In this document: positions 27,105-37,364 of the stretch, one piece after another
Numbering within the stretch: position 1 is the first letter of the stretch
Layout of the letters: each line of letters starts with the position of its first letter
Made by a program: the position numbers and the translations under genes
DNA from: an uncultured Gemmatimonadales bacterium
GTDB lineage: Bacteria; Gemmatimonadota; Gemmatimonadetes; Longimicrobiales; RSA9
Direction of reading: 5' to 3'
Length of the DNA: 64,000 nucleotides
Assembly (NCBI GenBank): GCA_963783305.1
Contig: CAWAMW010000013.1
Span: forward strand, 1 to 64,000
The notes under the pieces: generated by a model
Seen by the model: the letters and a program-made list of their open reading frames with translations, nothing else
The model's database searches: none
What the model was told of the DNA's origin: nothing

Positions 27105-28535
27105 GTGGCGGACAAGTACGATGTAGTGGTGATCGGCGGCGGACCCGGTGGCTATGTGGCCGCGATCAAGGCCGCGCAGATGGGGATGAAGGTGGCGTGC
27201 GTCGAGGCGCAGAAGCTCGGCGGCGTGTGCAACAACTGGGGCTGCATCCCCACGAAGGCCATGCTGGAGAGCGCCAAGTACGCCAGGAAGGTGGGCGACC
27301 TGGGCGATTTCGGCGTGAAGGTCGGCAAGGTCGATCTGGACATCGGGGTGGCGGCCCGTCGCGCGTCCGAGGTGGCGTCGCAGGGGGCCAAGGGGACCGC
27401 CTACCTGTTCAAGAAGAACGGCGTCGACCACATCCAGGGGTGGGGTCGCCTGGCTGGCAAGGGCACGGTGAAGGTGTCCGCCGGCAAGAACGCAGGCCAC
27501 GGCGATGAGGCGCCCGAAGGCGGAAAGGACACGACGCTGGAGGCGAAGAACATCATCATCGCCACCGGCTCGCGTCCCAAGTCTCTGCCGATGCTCAAGA
27601 TCGATGGAGACCGCGTATGGAGCAGCGATCATGCGGTCTACGCGGAGGCGGCGCCGAAGTCCATCGCCATCATCGGGGCCGGGGCCATCGGGATGGAGTT
27701 CGCCGACGTGTTCGCCGCCTTCGGCTCGGAGGTCACGATCATCGAGGCGCTGGACCGCATCCTCCCGCTCGAGGACGCCGACTCGTCGAAGGCCGTGGCG
27801 CGCGCGTACAAGAAGCGGAAGATCAATCTGATGGAGGGCGCGCGTCTCGAGGGAGCCGAGGTCATGAAGACCAAGGTGAAGCTGTCGGTGAAGAAGAAGA
27901 ACGGGAAAACCGAGCAGCTGGACGTGGAGCGGGTGCTGGTGGCCGTGGGGCGCGCCGCGATCCTCGATGACCTCGGTCTCGAGGAGGCGGGCGTGAAGGT
28001 GGAGAACGGCTTCATCGCCATTGACGGCCGCATGCGCACGTCCGTGGAGGGGGTCTACGCCGTCGGCGACTGCGCCGGTCCGCCCCTCCTGGCGCACAAG
28101 GCCTCGCACGAGGGGATCGCCGCGGTCGAGGCCATGTCCGGCGACGACCGCGCGGGCGTGGATTACGACAACATCCCGGCGGTCACGTACTGCCACCCGG
28201 AGGTCGCGTCCTGCGGCATGACGGAGGAGCAGGCCCGGGAGGCGGGCCACGACATCGACGTTGGGACCTTCCCGTTCAGCGCCAACGGCCGGGCCCGCAC
28301 CGCCGGCGATACGGACGGCCACGTGAAGGTCATCCGCGACAAGAAGTATGGAGAGGTGCTGGGCGCCCACATCGTAGGCGCGCACGCCAGCGAGCTGATC
28401 GGCGAGTTCATCGTCGGGCGGCACCTCGAGACCACGGCCGAGGAGATGGACCGGGCCATGCACCCCCATCCCACGCTGTCCGAAGCCATTGCCGAGGCGG
28501 CGCTGGCTTCGCTGGGGCACGCATTGCACGTGTGA
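27105..28535 (+). CDS. lpdA: Dihydrolipoyl dehydrogenase
   Basis: GGGPGGYVAAI, GGVCNNWGCIPTK, GAGAIGMEFA, HPHPTLSE. Confidence 0.96.
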   Translation: MADKYDVVVIGGGPGGYVAAIKAAQMGMKVACVEAQKLGGVCNNWGCIPTKAMLESAKYARKVGDLGDFGVKVGKVDLDIGVAARRASEVASQGAKGTAYLFKKNGVDHIQGWGRLAGKGTVKVSAGKNAGHGDEAPEGGKDTTLEAKNIIIATGSRPKSLPMLKIDGDRVWSSDHAVYAEAAPKSIAIIGAGAIGMEFADVFAAFGSEVTIIEALDRILPLEDADSSKAVARAYKKRKINLMEGARLEGAEVMKTKVKLSVKKKNGKTEQLDVERVLVAVGRAAILDDLGLEEAGVKVENGFIAIDGRMRTSVEGVYAVGDCAGPPLLAHKASHEGIAAVEAMSGDDRAGVDYDNIPAVTYCHPEVASCGMTEEQAREAGHDIDVGTFPFSANGRARTAGDTDGHVKVIRDKKYGEVLGAHIVGAHASELIGEFIVGRHLETTAEEMDRAMHPHPTLSEAIAEAALASLGHALHV

Positions 28536-28560
28536 GCACGGGCAGGACATGAAGTGGGAG

Positions 28561-28594
28561 AACGCCCGGCGGCTTCGAGTCGCCGGGCGTTTTT
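28561..28594 (+). terminator. Intrinsic terminator
   Basis: AACGCCCGGCGGC-TTCGA-GTCGCCGGGCGTT followed by TTT. Confidence 0.85.
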
Positions 28595-28657
28595 CCGCTG
28601 GTCAGCGTTTTGCGCTGTAAACGTTTGTAGGGAACTCTCATGACCCACGGAGGAGCT

Positions 28658-29197
28658 ATGAACGGTATAAAACGTCTGACTAGAAGTGCGGCTGTGGTAC
28701 TGCTGATGGGCGGCGTCGCGGCGTGCGGCGATGACGGTCCCACCGGCCCCCAGGCCATCACGCTCGATGAAGTCCAGGGGCTGTACGAGCTCGAGCGGCT
28801 GAGCTTCGATCCGCAGGGCGCGGTGGATTCGGTGAACGTGCTGGCGGCGATGGAGGCCGAAGGGACGACCCCGACGCTGAACATCGATCGACAGGGCGGA
28901 TTCCAGATCTTCTTCCGCGACCCGGCGACGGGAAGCACGGTTCAGCTGGCGGGCACGGTCACCACGACGGCTGAGGTAGTGGTCCTGGAGTTCCCCACGG
29001 CCCAGCAGGCGAGCCAGTTCGTCCTCCCCCAGATCCTCGAGCTCACGTGGATGTCCGGCGAAGAGCGGCTCACGTTCACAGGGAACGCGCAGATCAGCCG
29101 TGTCCGGCTCATCGAGCTGTTCCCCGCGCTGGGGGACGAGCAGCTGTTCGACCCGACGCCCGGTGAGCTGAGGGTGACGTTCGGCCCGGACAGCTGA
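28658..29197 (+). CDS. Hypothetical lipoprotein (possible lipocalin-like beta barrel)
   Basis: RBS GGAGGAG; lipobox VAAC-GDDGPTGP. Confidence 0.75.
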   Translation: MNGIKRLTRSAAVVLLMGGVAACGDDGPTGPQAITLDEVQGLYELERLSFDPQGAVDSVNVLAAMEAEGTTPTLNIDRQGGFQIFFRDPATGSTVQLAGTVTTTAEVVVLEFPTAQQASQFVLPQILELTWMSGEERLTFTGNAQISRVRLIELFPALGDEQLFDPTPGELRVTFGPDS

Positions 29198-29222
29198 TCG
29201 CTGGTGGAGGGCGCGGAGGGCG

Positions 29223-29363
29223 GCTGGCGCGGGGGGTCGATCGCCCGCGCTGCGCCCTTCTGGCTGCTGCGGCGACACGTGGGAGAAAAGCGGAGCGTAG
29301 CGGAGATCGACCAGCGAGGCCGGAGGCCGAAGCGATCGACCAGCGAGCGAAGCGACCGTTCGC
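29223..29363. repeat. REP-like hairpin repeat, long copy
   Basis: 29223-29251 is the exact reverse complement of 59165-59193; 29347-29363 matches the reverse complement of 59144-59160 at 16/17; internal 14-bp direct repeat and GNA mini-hairpins. Confidence 0.75.
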
Positions 29364-29378
29364 CCCCGGTCATCCGTG

Positions 29379-30425
29379 CTAGCGCAGGCTGATCGTCCCC
29401 GGCGGCCCCTCCTCCAGCGTACCGATTACGGCTGGGGGAGGGGCTTTCTCCATCCGCAGCTCCGCCACCAGCGCTTCCGCCCGTTCCGGCGGCAGGGCGA
29501 TGAGGAGCCCTCCCGAAGTCTGGGCATCGGCCAGGAGGTGGCGGGTGGTGTCATCGAGGGTGGGCCAGTGAACCCGGTCGCCCAGGTCCTGGAGATTCCG
29601 CTGGGTGCCGCCGGGGACGTGACCCGCATCGACCAGGGGACGGACGCCGGGGAGGAGGGGGACGGCGGAAGCCTCGATGGTGGCGGCCAGTCCGCTCGCT
29701 GCCGCCATCTCCCGCAGGTGGCCCAGCAGCCCGTAGCCGGATACGTCCGTGCACGCATGGGCGCCATGCCGCAGCATGGCCGCCGCGGCATCCCGGTTGA
29801 GCCGGGTCATGCTCTCCACGGCCGCCGCCAGGACCCCGGGCGAGGCCCGGTTGGCCTTGAGCGCGGTGGTGATGATCCCGGTCCCCAGGGGCTTCGTCAG
29901 CACCAGTGCGTCGCCGGCGCGCGCGGTGGAGTTCCGGACCACCTCGTCCGGCGCCACCTCCCCCACCACGCACAGCCCGAACTTGGGCTCGGGATCGTCG
30001 ATGGAATGCCCGCCCAGCACGACGGCCCCCGCTTCCCGCACCACGTCGCCACCGCCCCGCAGGATCTCCTCCAGCACACCCGCGCCCAACAGGTCCCGGG
30101 GGAACCCCACCAGGTTCAGGGCGAACAGGGGCCGCCCGCCCATGGCGTAGACATCGGAGAGCGCGTTGGCGGCCGCGATCCGGCCGAAGTCGTACGGGTC
30201 GTCCACGATGGGCGTGAAGAAGTCCGCCGTCACCACGAGAGCGCGAGCCTCGTCGAGACGGTACACGGCGGCGTCGTCGGCGGTGGTCGCATCGACCAGC
30301 ACCGCGGGATCGTCCACCGGGAGGATGTGACGCAGCACGTGCGTCAGCTCGGACGCGCCGAGCTTACACGCTCAACCGGCGCCGTGACTCAGCGCCGTGA
30401 GCCGGACTCTGTCGTGAGTAGTCAT
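29379..30425 (-). CDS. selD: Selenide, water dikinase, selenocysteine-containing
   Basis: MTTHDRVRLTALSHGAG-UGA(30372-30374)-ACKLG continuing in frame to DDAAVY, DFFTPIVDDPYDFGRIAAANALSD, GGHSIDD, DAQTSGGLL. Confidence 0.95.
30341..30371 (-). promoter_or_regulatory. Candidate bacterial SECIS hairpin
   Basis: Directly 3' of UGA: GCGT-GTA-AGCTCGG-CGCGT-CCGAGCT-G-ACGC stem-loop. Confidence 0.7.
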
Positions 30426-30543
30426 GCGGGGATGGTACGGGCGGCGACTCCGGCGGTCCAGTCGAGCGGCTCGGAAGTGGTGCGCGAGCCGGTCGTGGGG
30501 GAACGGATGTTGCCCCTGTAGAGGGCCCTTAAAGGAGGCAACA

Positions 30544-30924
30544 ATGCACGGCAACGATAGAGACGAGGGCGGCGCGGAATACACCAACGCGGAAGGGCTG
30601 GCGCTGGCGCTGAACTACCTCAGCGACCCGGCGGATGTGCCCTGCCCCACGTGCGGTCCCGGCACCATCGAGGTGGTGGCGTACCTGGACGCGGGCGGCA
30701 TCGAGGACGGTGTGGTGCGCGCGTCGCCGCCGGAGGACGACTACACCGTGGTCCTCTACTGCCACGACTGCAAGCGGGCGGCGGCGCTCGACCTGAGTCC
30801 CGACAGTCTGCCGGAGGGGTTCGGCGGGAGGAGCGGCGACGACGAGCGGGGCGGCTCAGGCGACCGCGGGAGCCCTGATGGGAAGGCATTCGGGGACAGC
30901 GGCGACGACCGCTGGGCTGCCTGA
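30544..30924 (+). CDS. Hypothetical zinc-ribbon protein
   Basis: RBS AAGGAGG; CPTC..CHDC; acidic disordered tail. Confidence 0.7.
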   Translation: MHGNDRDEGGAEYTNAEGLALALNYLSDPADVPCPTCGPGTIEVVAYLDAGGIEDGVVRASPPEDDYTVVLYCHDCKRAAALDLSPDSLPEGFGGRSGDDERGGSGDRGSPDGKAFGDSGDDRWAA

Positions 30925-30994
30925 CCCGCTGGAGAGCCGCGGGGACGTGCTCGGCACGTTGCCCGTGGCATCCCGGGCCCGTTAGCTTGACCCC

Positions 30995-31819
30995 ATGTCG
31001 TCCGCCTCAGACCCGCGTCTCGCCGAGATGGTGGCCCGGCCCGAGCCAGAGATCGATCTGGCGACGGGCGCTCTGCTGATCGCCGCCACCGAGTATCCCC
31101 AGCTCAAGCCGGCGCCCTACCTCCGTCGTCTGGACCTCCTGGCGGAGCGTGTCCACGACCGTCTGTCCGGGGAGACGGCGCCCGTGGTCGTCCTGGAGGA
31201 GCTCGGACGGGTCCTCTTCACCGAGGAAGGGTTCCGAGGCAACGACGATGCCTACTACGATCCCCGGAACTCGTTCCTGAATGACGTCCTGGACCGGCGA
31301 GTGGGGATCCCCATTACCCTCGGCATCGTCATGCTGGAGGTGGGGTGGCGCGTGGGCCTGCCGGTCTGCGGCATCAACTTCCCCGGCCACTTCCTCGTCC
31401 GCTACGAGGGTGAGGTGGCGCGGCTGCTCATCGACCCCTTCGATGGCGGGCGCGTACGCTGGGAGGACGAGGGGCAGGCGCTCCTCGACCGTGTGTACGG
31501 CGGCATGGTCCGCATGCGCGACGAGTTCCTGCAGCCGGCGTCCCGCTCCGATATCCTCGCCCGGGTCCTGACGAACCTCAAGGGGATCTACCTGAACACC
31601 CGGGACGACGATCGTGCCCTGGCCGCGGTGGACAGGATCCTGATGATCCGGCCGGCCGCACCGGTGGAGCTGCGGGACCGCGGGCTCCTTCTGGCCCGCA
31701 TCGGGCGGAAGCCCGAGGCGGTCACGGAGCTCGAGCGCTACCTGCGGGCGGCGCCGGAAGCGCCGGACGCCCAGCGCGTGCGTTCGCTGATCGCGGATCT
31801 CTCGGGCGGCGCTCGATGA
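30995..31819 (+). CDS. SirB1/YchA-family protein (transglutaminase-like + TPR)
   Basis: GFRGNDDAYYDPRNSFLNDVLDRRVGIPITL, FPGHFLV, ELRDRGL. Confidence 0.92.
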   Translation: MSSASDPRLAEMVARPEPEIDLATGALLIAATEYPQLKPAPYLRRLDLLAERVHDRLSGETAPVVVLEELGRVLFTEEGFRGNDDAYYDPRNSFLNDVLDRRVGIPITLGIVMLEVGWRVGLPVCGINFPGHFLVRYEGEVARLLIDPFDGGRVRWEDEGQALLDRVYGGMVRMRDEFLQPASRSDILARVLTNLKGIYLNTRDDDRALAAVDRILMIRPAAPVELRDRGLLLARIGRKPEAVTELERYLRAAPEAPDAQRVRSLIADLSGGAR

Positions 31820-32769
31820 CGGGACCGCTCGTGATCGAGCGAAGCCGGGGTCTGCTCAGCGTCACCGGTCGGGATCCCGTCCGGATGATCCAGGGCCTGG
31901 CCACCGCGGATGTGGAGGCTGCCGCGCCCGACCGGGCGGTGTACACGGCCTTCCTCACCCCCAAGGGCCGGATGGTGGCGGACGCCCGGGTGATCCGGCC
32001 GGGCGCGGAGGAGCCCGCGCTCCTGCTCGACACCGCGCCCGACGCGCTGCCGGGGCTCATGGCGCACCTGAAGAAGTTCGTCCCGCCGCTCTTTGCGCGG
32101 GCCGAAGACGTCTCGGCGGAGTGGGCGGTGGTGGGGGTGTACGGCGGGGCCGCGGACACGGTGGTGGCGGCCGCGGCGCCGGCTACTGGCGTGGTGGGCG
32201 CGGCTGATGCGAATGCGGAGCCGCCTGAGGACGCCGCGGCGGCCATCGAGGGCGGGTTCAGGCTGCGGACGCTGCTGACCGGTGAGCCGGGATGGGATAT
32301 CTTCGTCGGGGCGGGGCAGCGGGACGCTCTGGTGGCCGCGCTGCTGGAGGCGGGCGGCCGGCCGGGTGATCCGGAGGCGCTGGAGGCGCTGCGGGTGGCG
32401 GCGGGTCGGCCTCGATGGGGCCGGGAGCTGACCGAAGAGGTGATCCCGCTGGAGGCCGACCTGCTGGACCGGGCGATCAGCCAGTCGAAAGGGTGCTACA
32501 CCGGGCAGGAAGTGATCGTCCGGATCCTGCACCGGGGCCACGTCAACCGACAGCTGCGCCGGCTGGAGTTCGCCGGCCCGCTCCCGGAGCCCGGCACGCC
32601 GCTCTTCGAGGAGGGGAACGACAAGCCCCGGGGAACGGTGACCAGTGCGGTGGAGAACGATGTAGGGGCGCTCGGGCTCGGGTTCGTCCGGCATGAGATC
32701 GACCCGCCGATGGAGCTCCGGGTGGGATCGCCGGAGGGCGACCCCGTACAGGTGACGGCGCTGCACTGA
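31816..32769 (+). CDS. ygfZ: YgfZ/GcvT-family folate-binding protein
   Basis: FLTPKGRMVAD, signature KGCYTGQE. Confidence 0.88.
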   Translation: MTGPLVIERSRGLLSVTGRDPVRMIQGLATADVEAAAPDRAVYTAFLTPKGRMVADARVIRPGAEEPALLLDTAPDALPGLMAHLKKFVPPLFARAEDVSAEWAVVGVYGGAADTVVAAAAPATGVVGAADANAEPPEDAAAAIEGGFRLRTLLTGEPGWDIFVGAGQRDALVAALLEAGGRPGDPEALEALRVAAGRPRWGRELTEEVIPLEADLLDRAISQSKGCYTGQEVIVRILHRGHVNRQLRRLEFAGPLPEPGTPLFEEGNDKPRGTVTSAVENDVGALGLGFVRHEIDPPMELRVGSPEGDPVQVTALH

Positions 32770-32805
32770 GCCACTTCCACGACCCCACAAACCCGGGAGG
32801 CGACG

Positions 32806-34041
32806 ATGCCGGACGCTGATTCCCACCCGGCCTCCCGCCGCGGCGCCCGGTTCCGTATCGGCCCGGGCGCGGTGGTGGCCGCGGCGTTCATCGGGCCGGG
32901 TACCGTGACCACCGCTACGTTGGCCGGTGCCGGCTACGGCTACACCCTGCTCTGGGCTCTCACGTTCTCGCTCCTGGCTACACTGGTGCTCCAGGAGATG
33001 GCCGCGCGGCTCGGACTCGTCACCGGGGCGGGGCTCGGGGAGGCGGTCCGGCGCAGGTTCACCCGCCCCACCGCACGACTCCTGGCCGTATCCCTCGTCA
33101 TTGCGGCCATCGGCTTCGGCAACGCCGCGTACGAGACGGGGAACCTGCTCGGGGCGGCGCTCGGCGCCGAAGCGGTGTGGGGCGGAACCCCGCGGCTGTG
33201 GGCGATCGCCGCCGGGTCAGTGGCGGCGCTGCTCCTGTGGTCGGGGAGCTATCCGGTGGTCGAGCGGGTGCTGATCGCGCTCGTCGCTCTCATGTCCGCC
33301 GCGTTCCTGGCCACCGCGGTCTTCGTTCGGCCACCCCTCGCCCCGCTGCTCCGTGGACTCCTCGTGCCCACCGTGCCCGGCGGCGCGGGCATGCTCTACA
33401 TCGCCGGGCTCGTGGGCACCACCGTCGTTCCCTACAACCTCTTCCTGCACGCCGCCGCCGTGCGGGAGAGGTGGGACGGTCCCGGGGATCTGACGGCGGC
33501 CCGGCTCGACCTCGGCATCAGCATCCTCGTGGGCGCGCTGGTGAGCATGGCGATCGTGGCCACGTCCGCCGCCATGGCCGCCAGCGGGGGCGGGAACATC
33601 GCCAATGCCGCCGACATGGCCGTCCAGCTCGAGCCGCTGCTCGGGCCCTGGGCCCGCTACTTCTTCGCCGGCGGGCTCCTGGCGGCCGGCCTCACCTCCG
33701 CCATCACCGCGCCGCTCGCCGCCGCCTACGCCACCGCCGGGGCGCTCGGCTGGCCGCGCGACCTGAAGGATCGCCGCCTCAGGGCCGTCTGGATGGTCGT
33801 GCTGGGGGCCGGGATCCTCTTTGCCGGCCTCGGCGTCCGCCCGGTGCCGGCAATTCTGTTCGCGCAGGTCGCCAACGGAGTGCTGCTGCCGGCCATCGCC
33901 GTGTTCCTCCTCCTGGCGGTGAACGATCGCCGCTGGATGGGCGAGCGGACGAACGGACGCGTCATGAACGCGGCCGCCGTCCTCGTGGTGCTGGTGGCGC
34001 TGGTCCTGGGGCTGCGGGCGCTCTGGAGCGCCATGAGCTGA
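32806..34041 (+). CDS. Nramp-family divalent metal transporter
   Basis: AAFIGPGTVTT, LQEMAARLG, GTTVVPYNLFLH; multiple TMs. Confidence 0.9.
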   Translation: MPDADSHPASRRGARFRIGPGAVVAAAFIGPGTVTTATLAGAGYGYTLLWALTFSLLATLVLQEMAARLGLVTGAGLGEAVRRRFTRPTARLLAVSLVIAAIGFGNAAYETGNLLGAALGAEAVWGGTPRLWAIAAGSVAALLLWSGSYPVVERVLIALVALMSAAFLATAVFVRPPLAPLLRGLLVPTVPGGAGMLYIAGLVGTTVVPYNLFLHAAAVRERWDGPGDLTAARLDLGISILVGALVSMAIVATSAAMAASGGGNIANAADMAVQLEPLLGPWARYFFAGGLLAAGLTSAITAPLAAAYATAGALGWPRDLKDRRLRAVWMVVLGAGILFAGLGVRPVPAILFAQVANGVLLPAIAVFLLLAVNDRRWMGERTNGRVMNAAAVLVVLVALVLGLRALWSAMS

Positions 34042-34104
34042 GCGCGGTGGCCTCCGTCCTGCACGGCGATGGCCGCTGTCCACACGTAACGAATGGGAGA
34101 TGAC

Positions 34105-34563
34105 ATGCTGCTCTATCTGGTCCAGCACGGGCAGGCGAAATCGAAGGATGAGAACCCGGAGCGGCCGCTCACGGATTCCGGCCGAAAGGACGTCGAGGCG
34201 GTCATGCTGCTCATGATGCGGTTCGGCGCCATCAGCGCGACCCGCGTACTCCACAGTGGAAAGCTGCGTGCGGCGGAGACCGCGGAGATCATTGCCACGA
34301 AGATCGACGCGGAGTCGGAAGAGGTGGATGGCATCGATCCCAACGACGACCCGGGGATCTGGCAGGCGCGCCTGGCCGAGAGCGATCGGGATTTGCTGAT
34401 CGTGGGACACCTGCCGCACCTGTCGCGCCTTGCGTCGCTCCTCCTCAGCGGCGACGCCGAGGCGGGACTGGTGGAGTTCGCCCACGGTGGCGTCACCTGC
34501 CTCCACGGAGAGGGGGGGCACTGGACGCTCCGCTGGTCGATCCCCCCCTCGCTGGTCCTCTAG
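34105..34563 (+). CDS. sixA: Phosphohistidine phosphatase SixA
   Basis: LYLVQHGQA, RPLT, HSGKLRAAETA, IVGHLPHL. Confidence 0.85.
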   Translation: MLLYLVQHGQAKSKDENPERPLTDSGRKDVEAVMLLMMRFGAISATRVLHSGKLRAAETAEIIATKIDAESEEVDGIDPNDDPGIWQARLAESDRDLLIVGHLPHLSRLASLLLSGDAEAGLVEFAHGGVTCLHGEGGHWTLRWSIPPSLVL

Positions 34564-34565
34564 GG

Positions 34566-35036
34566 GTGGGAGTGCGCGCCAGGTGGGGTCCGGGCGGGCT
34601 GCGGCTCACCATGATGCTCTCCGCCGCGCTGGTGGCCGGCTGCGGGGAAGCGCCGAGCGGGGACGATCTGCCCCCCGCCCGAACGGCTCCGGCGGCGGCG
34701 CGCGATTCCCTGAGCTCCGCCCTCCACTCGCTGGTGGCGGGTCCGTCGGCCCAGGCGCGAGGGGATGGTGCCGAATCCTGGTTCTCGCGCGACACCCGGG
34801 GAGTGCTGCGGTCGGTGGACGTGGACTCGGGCCGGGTCATCATCGACTTCAGCGACTCGCTGCCGAGGCTGATCCCCGGCGCCGGCAGCAGCGCGGGGAG
34901 CGAGGCGCTGCTGGGGGCGCTCGATTCCACCGTCTTCCAGTTCCCCTGGGCCGTGTCCGCGGAGTACCGGCTCGGTGGCAGCTGTGCGGCGTTCTGGGAG
35001 TGGCTCCAGCGGGAGTGCACGGTGGTGGAGCGGTGA
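34566..35036 (+). CDS. GerMN-domain lipoprotein
   Basis: Lipobox VAGC; LVAGPS, IIDFS, LDSTVFQFP. Confidence 0.7.
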   Translation: MGVRARWGPGGLRLTMMLSAALVAGCGEAPSGDDLPPARTAPAAARDSLSSALHSLVAGPSAQARGDGAESWFSRDTRGVLRSVDVDSGRVIIDFSDSLPRLIPGAGSSAGSEALLGALDSTVFQFPWAVSAEYRLGGSCAAFWEWLQRECTVVER

Positions 35037-35611
35037 GCCGAGGGGTCGGCGCGTTCCGCCAGCCGTGGCTGGAGACGGAGCGCCTCGTCCTCCGGGAGTT
35101 CCGGGCGACGGATGTCGACGCGACGATCGCGCTGGCGAACGACCCCGACATCGCGCACAACACGATCAACATCCCGCACCCCTACGAGAGGGAGGCCGCG
35201 GAGGCGTGGATCGCGTCCCATCCGGGTCAATGGGATCGGCGGACGGCCGTGACCTACGCCGTCACGGACCGCGGGAGCGGTCAGCTCATGGGGGCGGTGG
35301 GACTCACGATCGAGGACGCGGACCAACGGGCCGAGCTCGGCTACTGGATCGGGCGGGAGTACTGGGGCCGGGGGTTCGCCACGGAAGCCGCCTCGGCGGT
35401 GATCGCCTGGGCGTTCCCGGCGCTCGACCTGCACCGCATCCATGCGACCCACTTCCCGCGGAACCCCGCCTCCGGGAGCGTGCTCCGGAAGCTCGGCATG
35501 CGGTACGAGGGACTCCTGCGCGAGCACGTTCGCAAGGGCGATGACTATCTCGACCTGGAGTGTTACGCCCTGCTTCGATCGGAGCTCGGAAAGGCACCGC
35601 ATGGCGGCTGA
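35033..35611 (+). CDS. GNAT N-acetyltransferase (RimJ/RimL family)
   Basis: LETERLVLR, AELGYWIGREYWGRGFATEA, NPASGSVLRKLGM. Confidence 0.92.
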   Translation: MSRGVGAFRQPWLETERLVLREFRATDVDATIALANDPDIAHNTINIPHPYEREAAEAWIASHPGQWDRRTAVTYAVTDRGSGQLMGAVGLTIEDADQRAELGYWIGREYWGRGFATEAASAVIAWAFPALDLHRIHATHFPRNPASGSVLRKLGMRYEGLLREHVRKGDDYLDLECYALLRSELGKAPHGG

Positions 35612-35749
35612 GGGCAGCGGCGTGGGCTGCGCACGCCGGCGCGGCCTTGGTGCGGCGCGGCCGCACCCTTACCTTGGTGCGTTCCTCGACAGCAGCGCAT
35701 CGATGGATCGCGGGCGTCACGAGAGTGGCTCCGCCACAAGGAGTATCGG

Positions 35750-36130
35750 GTGACCGAAGCAACGTTCCACCTCTTCACGTACGGCACACTCGGCGCGGGT
35801 GGCGCGGCCTCCCAGCTCATGGAGGGCTGCGAGCGGGTCGCGTCCGCTTCGGTGCGAGGCACGCTCTACGACATGGGCGAGTTCCCGGCGCTCCTCCTGA
35901 GCGGCAGCGACCCGGTGCCGGGTGAGATCTGGCGCTGTCCGGCGGACCTTCTGCCGCGCCTCGACCGGTACGAGGCGGTGAGGGCCGGTCTGTTCCGTCG
36001 GGTGGGAGCGCGGGTCGATGGCATGGCCTGCTGGGTCTACGTCGCTGGACCGGCGCTCGGCGCGCGGCTGGAGCCGTCGGCCAGGGTTCGAGGCGAAGGC
36101 ACACCGCCGGCCGACAGGTCGAGCGACTGA
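35750..36130 (+). CDS. Gamma-glutamylcyclotransferase (AIG2-like)
   Basis: LFTYGTL, GTLYDMGEFPAL, LDRYE. Confidence 0.85.
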   Translation: MTEATFHLFTYGTLGAGGAASQLMEGCERVASASVRGTLYDMGEFPALLLSGSDPVPGEIWRCPADLLPRLDRYEAVRAGLFRRVGARVDGMACWVYVAGPALGARLEPSARVRGEGTPPADRSSD

Positions 36131-36199
36131 CGAAGTGGCCGCCCCAACTGTATCTTCGGACGCCGATACACGGCGAGCACCGCAAACTACGGAGTCGAG

Positions 36200-36721
36200 A
36201 TGGCGCTGAGTGCCACGGACCTCTCCATGGTCTTCCTGGGGATCCTGATCATCATGGTCCTCCTGGAGGTCAGGAAGCTGACCCGGAAGCCGGAGCCGGT
36301 GAGCCGACTCGAGGAGCAGTTCGAGAGGCTCTCCCAGCAGATGGAGCGAATTCGGCCGGGTGACCTGGAGCTCCCGGGGGGCGCGCAGCTGGTCGAGGCT
36401 GGACGGACCTTCGAGACCATATCCGAGCAGCTGGAGCGGCTGGGCGAGTCGGCCGAAGAGCTGGATGCGGCGCTCCTCACCGAGGACGGGGTGCGCCGCT
36501 TCACTCAGGGTCTCAAGCACCTGCGGGAAGAGCTGGCCACGGCCCAGAGCCTGTTCGAGACGGCCGCGCGCGGCCTCGGCAGCGCGTCGGAGTCGATGCT
36601 CGCAGCGGGTTCCGCCCTCGAGCGCGTGGACTCGCACCTGGAGACCGTCATGGTCCCCGCCGCCCAGCAGGGTCGCGGGGGAGACACCGGCTCACGGAAC
36701 GGGGACCCGGCCGGGTCCTAG
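36200..36721 (+). CDS. Hypothetical membrane-anchored coiled-coil protein
   Basis: RBS GGAG; N-terminal TM helix then heptad-rich region. Confidence 0.65.
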   Translation: MALSATDLSMVFLGILIIMVLLEVRKLTRKPEPVSRLEEQFERLSQQMERIRPGDLELPGGAQLVEAGRTFETISEQLERLGESAEELDAALLTEDGVRRFTQGLKHLREELATAQSLFETAARGLGSASESMLAAGSALERVDSHLETVMVPAAQQGRGGDTGSRNGDPAGS

Positions 36722-36817
36722 CCGGGAAAGCGCCGGTGGGCCGACGCCGCGCGCAAAGCGGTCGCCTCGCATCCGGAATGCTTTCGCTGCCGCCCCACCC
36801 GGCCGCTTCCGACCGAC

Positions 36818-37297
36818 TCAGAACACCCACGTCGCGAGCCACCAGAACAGGGCGACAACGCCCCCCACGAGCAGCGCCAGCACCGCGACGATCGCCACCA
36901 GCACCGCCGGGGAAGGCGTCGACCGCGTGCGCGTCTCCCCCAGCCACTCCTCCAGCATCCCCACGTTGCGGGAGTTCGCCTTCCAGCCGGCGTCGAACAG
37001 GTCACCCACGACCGGGACGCTCCCCACGACCGTGTCCACGGCCACGTTGACCAGCATCCGCCGCAACATCGAAGCGGGCGCGCCGGTGCGCCACGCCACG
37101 TACAGGATGTACCCGGAGCCGAGCGCGGCGGCCACATCGCCCCCGACGGGCAGCAGCCCCAGGATCGGGTCGAGGCCGAACCGGATGGTGGTGCCGGGTA
37201 CCCGGAAGCTGCGGTCCAGGAGGCGCGCCAGCGCGCGGGCGCGGCCGAGCTGGGGCGCCCGGCTGTGAGTCGGTGGGGTGGGGTCAGGGGCGGTCAT
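36818..37297 (-). CDS. DUF4112 membrane protein
   Basis: LLDRSFRVPGTTIRFGLDPILGLLP, VGDLFDAGWKANSRN. Confidence 0.88.
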   Translation of the reverse strand: MTAPDPTPPTHSRAPQLGRARALARLLDRSFRVPGTTIRFGLDPILGLLPVGGDVAAALGSGYILYVAWRTGAPASMLRRMLVNVAVDTVVGSVPVVGDLFDAGWKANSRNVGMLEEWLGETRTRSTPSPAVLVAIVAVLALLVGGVVALFWWLATWVF

Positions 37298-37364
37298 GGC
37301 ACGGACTGGATCGTGCAAGAACGCGACCGGTGGACCGGGCGGACCCGTGAACCCTGGAGTGAGC

